A DNA stretch of 64,000 nt from Octopus sinensis (Eukaryota), in the NCBI RefSeq assembly GCF_006345805.1, contig NC_043007.1, positions 7,192,001 through 7,256,000 of the forward strand, written 5' to 3'. Position 1 is the stretch's first letter; every line of letters begins with the position of its first letter. The notes beneath the pieces were generated by a model that saw nothing but the letters and a program-made list of their open reading frames with translations, did no database searches and was not told where the DNA came from. The position numbers were made by a program, and so were the translations under genes. Below, piece after piece: positions 1-12,159 of this stretch.

Positions 1-635
1 GCTGCTTGCAGTAGATCTTCTTATCGTTTGGTTTGGGTTTAAAAGTCCAAAGTGGACAAAACCATTTATATCCCACCAAACAGGTAAAAACACCTTACGT
101 AGGTGAATACCTTCTTTAGCCTGCGCTGCTGGTGTTACTCCTTTCCCTAGTCACTGTCTTCGAGACTTGATATTTTTATAGAGTAACCATTTCTCGTCAC
201 CAGTCACCATTCGGTCAAAAAAACAAAGGACCCATTCGTGAGACGTGACAGTAAAGAAGAGCACATATTCATTCTCCGCACGCGATTAGAAAGTTTGTGA
301 GGAACCCATTAACCCAATTTGCTCTGACTCTTCCAATGCCACGCAGGGGTCAATGAATGGTTGACTGAACAAATCCAAGCTTCTCTGCTAGTTCCACAAC
401 AGTTACGATGGCATTTTGTTCCCCAAGGATTTGCAAGACGTCCTCGTCGAGCACTACAGATCTTCCAGGACGAGACTCGTCTTCTAGTCTGTAGTTCAGG
501 CTCGGAATTTCTGGAACCACCTTTGACACTGGTTTACGCTTATTGTCCGATCCCCGCATTCTGCATTAATATTTTTCACACTTTCCGTTGCGTTACTGCC
601 TTTATTGAACTCGTAACGTACAATAGACCGAGTAT
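1..635 (-). mobile_element. Degenerate mariner (Tc1/mariner) transposase fragment, continuing beyond the window start
   Basis: Minus-strand translation across frameshifts and stops gives the HTH region (YEFNKGSNAT...QCQRWFQKF, LEDESRPGRS), the WVPHKL motif (~290-308), RMVTGDEKWLLY with the first catalytic D (~178-213), and VWWDING. Confidence 0.92.
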
Positions 636-821
636 TCTCCACCACGATCGTGGATAAAATGCTCCCTCTGTTAATTCATCTCAAGATTAACCATTTATTT
701 GACAGGGCTGATAGTTCTGTCTCCAAAGTTGGAGATAGTATTCATCGTATTTTCGATAAATAGACTCCCACGTCAAATACGCCACTTGTCGCTCCGGGTT
801 GCGGTTTATGCATGCATGCAT

Positions 822-1060
822 CTATGTATGTATGTATGTATGTATGTACGTATGTATGTATGTCTGTATGTACGTATGTATGTATGTACGTATGTATGTA
901 TGTATGTATGTACGTATGTATGTATGTATGTATGTATGTATGTATGTATGTACGTATGTATGTATGTATGTATGTATGTATGTATGTATGTATGTATGTA
1001 TGTATGTATGTATGTATATACGTATGTGTGTGTGTGTATGTATGTATGTATGTATGTACA
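822..1060. repeat. (TATG)n microsatellite with TACG interruptions
   Basis: Directly visible. Confidence 0.97.
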
Positions 1061-1869
1061 TGCCTGTAGTGTGTGTGAGAAAGAAAGAAGGAAAAAAAGA
1101 AAGAAAGAAAGAAAGAATTGGCCGATGTGCATATGCATTATACAAGCATTAGACGAAGAAGGAAATTATTTTGGTCTTATAAGCTATATCTTTTACAGAA
1201 GAGGCAAGGAAATTAACGTCGTACATTACACTCCAATGATTGTATGAATGGCAGGATACCTGAATGGCCATTCCTGGGGTGGGGGGGGAATGAAGCTGAA
1301 AGAAAATAACTGACGTATTGACTGCAATTGTCTTACTATTGTAGAACAGGAGAGAATACTTTTATGAGTTATATTCGGTTGCCCATTTTGTTAGGTCTTG
1401 TTTCGAAATCAGATATTTTGGTCGGTGAGCAGCGCTAAAATTTGTCAATGTGTGCGTGTGCGTGTGCGTGTGCGTGTGTGTGTGTGTGTATGTATTTATC
1501 ACTGTCTTACGGGTGTGTGTATGAGCTTCTATATAGGTTTTGTGTCTTCATGGAGATGTGTTCTAGCATCAGCTTAATCTAGATTGCACATCAGTACTAA
1601 ATATGACCGCTTCTTTTGTTGTTGTTGCTGTTGCTGTTAAGCGAAGCGGTCTTCGTCCCAGAGCACGCAAGATCGCGCCTCTCTAGTGGGAGAAGTCCGA
1701 AACGTGCTCCTTTTGCTATTCGTAAGACCAGCAGAATACAGAGCAAGTCAACCACCGACACCGAGAGCATCGACGGATGGATGAATGCGTATCCAAGCTC
1801 AGCGGTTGCGTAGGAAGTCGGGGAAAAGAAACAGGAAGAAAGAGAGAGAAAGTTGGAGCGAAAGAGTAC

Positions 1870-1995
1870 AGCAGGGATCGCCACCACCCCCTGCCGGAGC
1901 CTCGTGGAGCTTTAAGTGTTTTCGCTCAATAAACACACACAACACCTGGTCCGGGAATCGAAACCGCGATCCGCTGCCCTAACCACTGGGCCATT
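1870..1995 (-). mobile_element. tRNA-derived SINE 5' fragment (family 3)
   Basis: The reverse complement has A-box-like TGGCCCAGTGGTTAGGG and B-box-like GGTTTCGATTCCC. It resembles the heads at 32143 and 45922. Confidence 0.65.
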
Positions 1996-2088
1996 TCGCC
2001 CCCTGTTGTTGCTGTTGCAGTAGTTAGTGTCGCCGTTGCTGCTATGGTAGCACCGGATTTTTTTTTGGTTGTTGCAGCCTTTGCATCG

Positions 2089-3020
2089 ACCCTCTTCGAC
2101 TCTAATCGGCGAACCCAGGGTCAAGTGTATTTCAGCCTAACCTATCGGTCTTTATATTTCTTTCATCCAGGAACACATTACCTGATGTGTTCTTCTCTAG
2201 AATATGGTTCAAAGGAGATTTGACTGTAATATCCAACCGTGAGTGTATTACACATCTTGAATGAAAACGGATCTTTAAACTGTGTCCTTCCATACTACAT
2301 ATAACTCGTTCTAATACTTTCCGATTAAGCTTTTCATATCTAGTCTTAGCTCAGGTCTTTCTTCTATGTATCGTTTTTCCTTATCTGTTATAGTTACTAA
2401 CAATGGGTTTTTAAATCTTTCCAGGCATTAGTAAAGCACTTTCTCATCTGGTTTGCTATTATCGTGAGGTTTTTAGAACAGTTTAGAAGATATATGAACG
2501 GCTCCACGCAGATTTTCAACCAACATTATTGCTGCAATGTGAAGTATTCAATTTCAGGAATTTTTACTTCTTTTACTTTATGTTTGGTAGAACCACCAGA
2601 TTATGGTGTTTCCCACTTTCGCTCCTTAGTAACTCGCTTTGTAGAAATATATTCACCTTTATCTTATTCGGTACAAGACATAATTTTAAATGTTGAGCTG
2701 GAAAGTAATGTCCTAGATAAAGAATTAAACGTATTTATTTGCTAAATGTTTATAAACAGATTTGAATATCCGAGCTGCATACCACCGACCGATATTTCTG
2801 CTATATATCGCCAAATTCATTTATTCTTATGTCCTTTTTTTTTTTTTTTTTTTTGCTTGTTTAGTAACTAGATTGTAACCATCCATCTGCGCCACAGCAA
2901 AACGCCCGCTCTCACACAATATATATGTGTGTATGTGAAGTTTTCAGATATACACTATGTATACCCTCTTCGACTCTAATCGGCGAACCCAGGGTCAAGT
3001 GTATTTCAGCCTAACCTATC
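2089..3020 (+). repeat. Perfect 58-bp direct duplication (2089-2146 = 2963-3020)
   Basis: ACCCTCTTCGACTCTAATCGGCGAACCCAGGGTCAAGTGTATTTCAGCCTAACCTATC occurs twice. The second copy sits between a TA-rich stretch and a (CA)n tract. Confidence 0.95.
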
Positions 3021-3217
3021 ACACACACACACACACATAAATAGACGAACGCGTGGCTATGAGGTAAGAAGTTTGCTTCCCAAAGACATGGTTCTGGGTT
3101 CAATCCCACTGTATGAAACCTTGGACAAGTATCTTCTACTATAGCCTGGAGCCGACCAAAGCCTTCTGAGTGGATTTGGTTGACGGAACTTAAAGAAGCC
3201 CGTCGTGTATATACAAC

Positions 3218-3435
3218 TTATAAACAAGGGCAAAATAAAAATTATTTCCATGCTAATATGCTGATAACAGACTTATAAATCGTCAATTGACAATTTAAAG
3301 GTCTGTTATCAGCATATTGGCATGGAAATAATTTTCTTTTGCCCTTGTTTATAATTTTAACCTTTAAAGGTATTTTAATATGCTACCACTTTTGATGAAA
3401 TTATTTTCTGTAAAAGACTTCATCCTATATTAGTA

Positions 3436-3437
<2 letters not shown>
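3218..3437. repeat. Spacerless ~137-bp palindrome plus an ~80-bp tail ending in (TA)n; probable inverted PLE terminus
   Basis: Arms 3218-3286 and 3287-3354, centred on GTCAATTGAC, with few mismatches. Confidence 0.8.
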
Positions 3438-3483
<46 letters not shown>

Positions 3484-3489
3484 TATATA

Positions 3490-3875
3490 ATGTGAAATAG
3501 AAAGATGAATAATCTTGTAGTAGATTAATCAAAAGTTTAACCGATACCTTAGTAGCAAAAATCACAGCAGTAAACAGCACGGTTGGAGGTACTACCATCT
3601 GGCGTTGCAACCGTGCGTTGGTGCGGATAATTGAAATTAAAACATTATTGGTGAATTGAAGAAATGGAGCTGAACGCAGATTGAACAGAAATCGTTTTAT
3701 TTCATTCTACACGTGTTTCGAAAGGCACAAATTACCAAAATCCGATTGAATAATGGGACCATATTGTGTCTTTCTCTTCAGGAAGAAAGAAGGAAATCCG
3801 TTGGAAAAACAAAAACAGAACAGAGGCGGAGCAAAAAACAAATCGAACTGTGCTCCTAAGAGCCCATGGCGTCAC

Positions 3876-3882
<7 letters not shown>
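3490..3882 (-). mobile_element. PLE pLTR remnant (family A)
   Basis: Closely matches 28865-29245 and the reverse complement of 55990-56365, the latter linked to a GIY-YIG fragment. Flanked by (TA)n on both sides. Confidence 0.85.
3698..3790 (-). ncRNA. Minimal type I hammerhead ribozyme motif (family A)
   Basis: Reverse complement: CUGAAGA, helix II GAAAGACACAA/UUGUGCCUUUC, GAAAC-ACGU-GUA, helix I. Confidence 0.75.
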
Positions 3883-3918
<36 letters not shown>

Positions 3919-4109
3919 TTGTGTGTGTCTCCCTGCCATCGCCTGACAACAGATGTTGGTGCGTTTATGTCCCCGAAACTTACCTGTTCGGCAAAAGAAA
4001 CGATAGAATAAGATCCAGACTGACAAAGAATAACTCCTGCTGTTGATTTCTTCGGCTAAAGGTGGTGCTCCTGCATGGCAGCAGTCAAATGATTGAAACA
4101 ACGAAAAGT

Positions 4110-4152
<43 letters not shown>

Positions 4153-5429
4153 ACATTAGTCGACCCGTAGCTCCTCTCCAGTGTGCCGCGTATTGGGATA
4201 AAACTCGAAATTATAAAATTCGATATAATTATATTTCTGTCAACGAAATTCAGGAATATATGCGATGTTGAGGATTTTAATGCAAATTCGAAATGAAGGT
4301 GTGAATTTATTACACTCTAACGAGCGAGGCTGTTTAATAAATGTAGCGATTACACTGTTCTGATATTTTTTATAACAATATGATTTTTAACTTAATTGGG
4401 GAACGAGCCTTGCGGTTTATGACCGTAAGGTTATGCTTTTATTCCTTAAACGTGTTGTGTCCACGAGCAGGTCACTTCATTTCACGTTTTGCAGTCAATC
4501 TCCTCACTTGTAATGAGTACCGGCCGGGTACTTATGCAAACCCCTGTCTTTTCATTCTGAATGTTTCACTGTGTCAAAGGTGAGGGTCCTTAGAGGATGT
4601 CTATTACCTGTTCTTGACGATGTAGGCCCCTAAAACAATAAGCGAAGACAGGATAAGATTTATCACGTGATACTCGCTCGGGATTGATGGCTTAACTTTA
4701 ATTTTGATCTTAATCTTGAGTACAAGAGAAAACTAAAGAAGAGTAGTCGTCAGATTTTAATGGTCATTGTTCTTCATTGTTCTATCGAATGACTCTCTTA
4801 AGAGAAAAGACATTGTTCGCTAATCGTGATTCGAAATGGTGCATTACTCTTTCACCGGAAACTGATGAATACTTCGCCGTTCTCGTTGTAACCCACCAAC
4901 TGTAAATTATACAAGAAATTTAAGGTTAGTTGTCAAAGCTTTAAAATGAATCGATTAACAAACAACAGCTAATTCAAAATGAATCTGAATGCTAATTATG
5001 GAATTTCAATTTTGTGCACAAAAACCGAGCGCGAATATGATTTTGTGAGTATAATGTGTGGTGTCCGATAAAAAGTGAATGGTTGTAGGTTGTGTGTGTC
5101 TGCGTGCGCGTAGTGTTATTATCTTAAGTTTTATTTACATACTGAATTTTAAATAAACTTAGAGTGGCTCATTTATATACAATATGTCAAAAAATTATAT
5201 TTGCATTACGTAAACAAACTTTAAAAAGATTTTCAAAAGCAATATGTCTCAAAGTAGTATATTTTGTGAACGTAAGCATAAAATTTACAAGGATTTTAGT
5301 AAAACTCAGATTAAAAGCAAAAACATAACCGTCACTCGCTAAAGAGTAGGATGTGGTGGCATACATGGTGCCTTCGCTAATTGTTTTAAGTGCAGCGAGC
5401 ATCAAACGCAGATAACGACATTCTCTCGG

Positions 5430-5956
5430 TATGACACTTTCGAAAAACAATTTTATTCCACTTTTTAACCCATTTCTCTTTGTTATTGCAACTACTCTCT
5501 TTAAAAAAGGTCTGTGAGCGACAATTTAAATTTGTCCCTTCATTAAGGAGACAATGCATGTGTTTTCCTGGTCAAACAATGCAATTATATAAAAGTAAAG
5601 AAGGGTGACACGGTGATCGTTTAACTGCCTTGAAATAGGGGTCAAATTTACATCATATTATAGGTAACTGTAAAACTCCCTATCACCAACTCGACATCCC
5701 AAAAGCGCAAACCTTCTGAAAAATTACCGTCCTGTCGAGTTTTGAATGTCTTTCAGTTGGGTTTTTATGAGTTGAAAAGCAATTTGTAACATTTGTAACA
5801 TATTCTTGTATTAAAAACCTGAAATGTTGGTAGAGACTGAATGGAATTCACAATATCAAAATTATCGCTCACAGAACATTCTTAAAGAGAGTAGTTGCAA
5901 TAGCAAAGAGTAATGGATTAGACAGTGAAATGAAATTGTTTTTCGATAGTGTCATA
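5430..5956. mobile_element. Old fold-back or MITE-like element with ~100-bp terminal inverted repeats
   Basis: 5430-5530 (TATGACACTTTCGAAAAACAAT...GCAACTACTCTCTTTAA...CTGTGAGCGA) is the diverged reverse complement of 5853-5956. Confidence 0.7.
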
Positions 5957-7421
5957 TCAATAATTTCCCAGTTGCTCCTCAATGACCGACGCCAGTGAAT
6001 TGATCCGTGAAAGAATAATGAAGTAAGCACTGATCTAACGTGCCGACAAAGAAAACACTATATTGCCCTTCGATCTCCTAAAAATAGCAGTTAAATATTT
6101 CTTACATCATAATATGACCGCCTTAAAATCAGGCAGGACACCTTAGATAATATAGTCGTATATACTCCTAAACTGGCGGAAATGTCTCTGTTGATGGGTT
6201 TTTCATCATGTCTGTTCGTTCAATGTTGATCCAAGATACCGCAACAATGCAAAAGTGATGATTTATTACTTGGTACCCTTAACTTATAGAAGTACTTATG
6301 ATATTCATGTTTCATCTTTACAAAGACATTTTCATAAAATATCACCAAGCGGGAACCGAACGCGTACTAAATGCACTCATATTTGGTTTTGCACTGATGC
6401 AAACTGCAAACTCATCTAAATAAGCATATTACATTGATGATGTATTGTTTTATTTCATCTCCTTCCAATGAAGAATTTTGTAGTCAGGAAGTCACTGAGT
6501 TCTGAGTTTCGTTCCACTTCGTGACAAAGATCTTCTGAGTGCGTTAGTGTAATTTTGGAGATGAGAATTTTGCAGAAGCTCATTACATGTATGTATATAT
6601 GTCTGTGTGTGTGTCTGTCTGTTTGCCTGTGATATATATATTTGTATATATGTACTCGGTTGGGTTGTTTTTTTATGTTCCATAACTAAGCAGGTCCGTC
6701 AATGTAGATAAACAGAATATACACCAAGCTAGAATCTGTGCTGGTACAGCATGGCCGCGGCTGAAAGACTGGTAAGCGCCAGTGACAGAGCAAAGAAATA
6801 TTTTACGATGCAATTAAAGATAAGCTTTCCCAAATAACAGGATGGTCACGTTTAGTATGTCTTTGATCTTAAGTCCGCTCCTTCTTCGCCAGCCTAGGAC
6901 TAAATAACAACAACCAGAACAACAACAATTTTAATTTATTAAAAAGTAATTGCAACCTAGTCAAGTGTTATTTGCTATTGAAGCGACCGCAGTATATCAA
7001 CCGTACTAATGTTATCATCTGGGAAAGATGAAAACATATTTTTACTGAAATGGTGCTTTTATGCGTGTGCCTCCTCTAAATATTCAATATTAAATTACAC
7101 TTGCATTAATCAAAAACTTAATATTTCGGTATTTGCTTTTAACACGCAGCAAACGTATATTTTGGTTTTGTTTGAAGTTCTGTTTTGTAATGATTATGTG
7201 TATTGAAGTGCAAATATATATTATGTATTCCATTATTCTGATCCTGAAAATATGAAGCTATGTCGTATAAAAACGAATGAATTAATTTACAAAATTCATG
7301 GATTTTACACCAATAACCAGTGCACGAACATTTTCATATTTATTATATTACCGGCACGGCAATCACAAAATATTGAATATGTTTGCCTGTGAAATATATT
7401 CTTTATTTATTTGTTTGTTTG

Positions 7422-7452
<31 letters not shown>

Positions 7453-8983
7453 TGTGTGTGTGTGTGTGTGTATGTACACGTATAAAGAAATATGTAAATT
7501 TTTTTTTCAATTCTCTTCCAAAGAAGGTCGCAGTATATTACAAACTTGAAACATGGAATTGGTTATATATATATTGATAAATATAGTTTGAAAAACTTTG
7601 GAGTACACCTTTAAGCGATAAATTTTGTATGAAATAATATTAGTTTCTTAAAGTTTTGATAATCTAAAAGCTTTTAGTGAGAGAATCCTTTGAGATTATT
7701 TTCTTGTTAAATGGAATCGAATTCAGGTAGTTCATTTATATATCTTTATTAGATGTCTCTCGGTGATGAAATATAGAAGAATATATTAGCCACGAATGAA
7801 TTATAAATTTCTATGTTGATCAAGGCAATAAACGAATCTAATAGAACCGTCAGTAAAGTCTAAGTAGCCTTTCTGGTAAACAAAGAACCGTTTTAATGAT
7901 ACGGCAATAAGGAAATAATATCGAACCGGATATATCATATATATCATCCATACATATACACGTAAGTATGGCAATGGAATAAGAGACTAAATGAGAGGTC
8001 AGTATAAGCACATAAAAAACAGACACACATACACGTAAACATTAATCTGAAGCTTAATTGGAGAGCAGCTATACAAGTTCTTATCTTCGACAATACGCTC
8101 ATCCACAATATTTTATTTTCGTACAACGCAATCACTTGTACCTACTTACCTCTACCGTCTTTTTAGCTTTTTTTTTTACTATGATTTTCATTCCTCCACC
8201 TACACACTTGATTACTATATGCACAGTTTTCCAGCTAAAAGCATAAGCGTTTCTCTCGTTCTCATGTTGTTTATCATCAGGATATTTATTGCCAGGGAAA
8301 ATCGTATCAATAACCAATACACTCCTTGAGAAATTCTTTCATAAAGATATATTCAGTGTTTGGATGACTGGTCTACTTAAATATTGCATTCCATATGAAA
8401 GCATATTGTTTTCCTGCAGACATTGTTTACCCCAACCATTTCAGTCTGGAGGGCACACAAAAGTCATATGTACTCTTCGTCTTTCCATTCTATACAGCAA
8501 CTCTAGCTATAAGTGTGTCCATCGCTTTGAGTTTCGTCACAAAGGAAACCTGATTTTATAAGAAACAACAGGTGTAAACATAATACTCTTTTTCCTAGAA
8601 TTTATTTATCTCTTCAATGTTTTCATGAAATGGCATTACTAATTTGTTATTTCAGGTTAGCAATAGAAAGGATTGTATTTCAATCCTTGCTATAAGCTGT
8701 TCTGTCGACATTTTCGTACGTTTTGAACTTCAGATCTTTGCTCTTCTCCTCCGTTCTTCTTATAATACAAGCATGTTGCCTTATTCTTTTATACTTCAAT
8801 ATAATATTTTTATCAATAAATTCAACAATAATCACCAGTAAATACAGCGTGCGTTCTGCTTTCTTTTTAAGAATATTCTCATGTAATATATTCCTCTCTC
8901 CATATTTCTCTCTCTTTCTATCCCTCCACCCCCTTATATATTTACAAACACTTTTTTTGCTTCCCACTTCATGTGCACGAAGC

Positions 8984-9029
<46 letters not shown>

Positions 9030-9037
9030 TACACACT

Positions 9038-9080
<43 letters not shown>

Positions 9081-11696
9081 CCATGAACATTGATTTCTCT
9101 CCGAGTTTATTGTTTATCTTTCTCTTGTTCAGTTCTCCGAAATCTGTTCTTATACCATTTCGGCACAGACCAATAAAATGAAATATTTATTGCGTTCCTA
9201 TTCTTTATATTTAATGGTTAATCAGATAATGTAGAATGACAACAATAGCCATTTTTTGTTCTTTACCTTCAGTTCGTAGAAACTGAAGAAGAATATACGA
9301 AAGAAGGAAACACAGAATTATGATTTAAGGAAGTAATAGTGTGTCAGAATATTGAGTTATTCTTTTGGGGGTTGAATATCCTGTTCGAATGAATCAAGCA
9401 TAAAGCATTCGTGAAGGCCACCCAAGGACCTGGTAGTGGTGATATCTAAGGTGAAATATCAAGACAACACAAAAACATGCAGTTTCAGTTAACGGACTAT
9501 TTTCAACAAAACTAGCATTTTCTAGTTTCTGCCCCAAGACATTTCGTTCTGATGCCTCGAAGTTGGTTTGCATCGTAAACGAAGTATTTACGGAGCAAAA
9601 TTCTTAACCAAAGTATCGTATTATGTGTTAATTCTAGTGTTTGTAGTCTTGTTATATACTTAAGAGTGTGTTGTGCTCGTATCCCCTTGCACCAATGAAT
9701 ACCCCAATCAATCAGAAGATAGAGTTCGATAAACCAAAGTAGCAAGCTCAAATATGTAATGGTGGTGATAGGATCCGACAAAACCCCTAGAGGAGGTTCC
9801 CAAAATAGCTTCAGCGCAAAGACTGAAACTAGAACGGGGCTATAAGCATTCAGAAGAGCTATGATGTATTCTGTGATACAATAAGGTGACACAATGTGTT
9901 GAACGACTGGTAGCCAACCTGTAATATTTTACACCATATTTCTCGAGCATCTCACTCTAAATTCGTAAATAGGTGTTCCGGTTGTTGATCTTGAGTAATA
10001 GGATTGTAAATATAACAAAGCTTTTTTTTTTTCATTTTGTGTATGGTTTGACGTCAAGGAAATAATAAACGCGTCTTAGTTTAGTTGTTAAAATAATATC
10101 AATTTCCAATCTATTACAGGTATCGATTATGTGTTTTCTTATTTTATGCGTCCGTTTACATTTCTGAGCACAACTAGAACAACATCGTTGTAGAAGTCTG
10201 TGTGTTTTATAAATATGCATTTAGATAGGTCCATGGTATGCTTAAAGGTGCATAACAGCCGGCTTCTCCTCAATCAGTTATAGCCCATCGTGACATAGAA
10301 TCACTCATAATCGCCTTGCAATTATGCAGGGTCTCTGTCAAAATGTAATGAATTCCTGATATGTAGAATTATATCTATACTGCCGCAACAGATAGATTGT
10401 TTTATTCTAAATTCATGGGATTTTGCGAGGAACGGTTTTGAAATCAATATTTCGATAATGCTGAACTGAGAATTTGCATCTATTTTGATCGCATGTTTAT
10501 TAAACGAGCCAACAACCTTTTTTTTTTTTATTTCATTGTTGTATCCGAGCTGCTTTTCAAGCTTTGCCGTTTCTGCGGTTCAGTAGATAGTTGATAGCTT
10601 AATCCAGAACACTTTCAAAGGGGTTTATTAGCCTTTATTGGTGTTTCTGTGACGAATTTCTCCTTGTGATCTTTAAGGATTATGTTTGCTTCGCAATTGT
10701 CTAAACACCAGGATTTCTGTTCTAACATGACTTTCGGGGCTATTATTGTCGTTTAACGATTAACGTCATCGTCATCATTCGTGCTAGCTACCTTCTGTAG
10801 TTATGCAATATTTTCGTTTAGAATTTAGCGTGTATATCTTTGTTTACTTTATGCCATTGGCTTCACTTAACCTAAACTGTGTAGAAGCTGTCAGAGTTCT
10901 TAATAGCCGTTATGCCTAATTTCGGTTCAGTTTGGAAAGTAGTAATGTATTTCTTAAACATTTTTCATCCACCGCTTCAACCGTTCCCAAGTCCTTTCAG
11001 TCGTAGTGAGCAATCCCTCGTGTTATTCCTGAATCTATAGATTTGTATAATTACTTAGTTGTTCTCATAAAACTCTGCTTTCTAGCACATTCTCTTGATA
11101 CGCTTCCCAGTTTACTGATGTAAGCTTTATGCATGTTTTAGCCGATGGTATGGAGAAATTTCTCATTAACGCCGTGAGGGAATGAAGCTATATATTCAAG
11201 CTAACACTTGGTTTGTTGAGGGTATTTGACACGATGCAGCACCCATGACTTTTGGAAACTGTTTTTCACCTTTAGAAGTGTCGAAGCATGAAATTAATTA
11301 CTTCTTAGTACATGGCATCCTTCAAAACTTTCACGCTTCCAAGAATCTACCAACACTACTCATGAGAAGCGTCTTTTCCTCTTCATGCCTCTTTGACTGT
11401 TCTTGGGGTCTCACTTTTTGTGTTTTAGCGCATCGCACTTTTGAGTCTCATTGCTGTTTTTCGTTCCTTGATTTATTGCGGCTTCTGTTCCCTCCTTTAT
11501 TCTTTTCCAACCAATTGTAATGCTCCTAAGCATTGCAAACAATAAGCACTTTATTAATGCAGCCATTTGTGTTTGGATGTGACATTTGACACAAAAGAAA
11601 ATACGATCAAAGTATCCCAAAAAAAATAACAATAATTTATTTAGGAAGAAAAAATGCATAAAGTTTGGGTTTACAGTTCCATTTAATAACGTTTCG

Positions 11697-11928
11697 TATT
11701 CTTTCATTCTTTTATTCTTTTCAGTCATTTCACTGTGGCCATACTGGAGCACCGCCTTCTGTCGAACAAATCGACCCCATGACTTATTCTTTGTACTTAT
11801 CCTATCAGTCACTTTTACCGAACCGCTAAATTACAGGGACGTGAACACACTAACATCGGTTGTGAAGCGATGGAGGAACTCAGACACACACACAGACACA
11901 CACACTCACACACACACACACATACATT

Positions 11929-11967
<39 letters not shown>

Positions 11968-11981
11968 GAAACATGCCCGTC

Positions 11982-12013
<32 letters not shown>

Positions 12014-12159
12014 GACGGGCATGTTTCAGTTTCCCAAATCCACTCATAAGCCTATAGTAGAAGACACATGCCCAAGGTGCCATGCAGTGGGACTGAACCC
12101 GGAACCGTGTGGTAGTAAGCAAGCTACTTACCACACAGCCACACAGCTATTCCTGCGCC
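11697..12159 (-). mobile_element. Family-1 tRNA-derived SINE with internal (TA)n/(CA)n
   Basis: Reverse complement of the family sequence seen at 39939-40311. Pol III-like boxes lie at ~12085-12140. Confidence 0.9.

Larger units (their letters stand above)
3043..4108 (+). mobile_element. Family-1 SINE split into a 5' half (3043-3207) and a 3' half (3918-4108) by nested insertions
   Basis: The halves match the more complete copies at 39939-40311 and 46385-46754. The insertions lie in the SINE's internal (TA)n tract. Confidence 0.85.

Noticed and set aside
699-1247. ORFs rich in [12 protein letters not shown] here and throughout the track
   Set aside because: They are translations of (TATG)n, (TA)n and (CA)n microsatellites, which lack stop codons.
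2089-3020. CRISPR-like or LTR interpretation of the 58-bp repeat
   Set aside because: There are only two copies with an 816-bp spacer, the context is eukaryotic, and there are no TG..CA ends, PBS or PPT.
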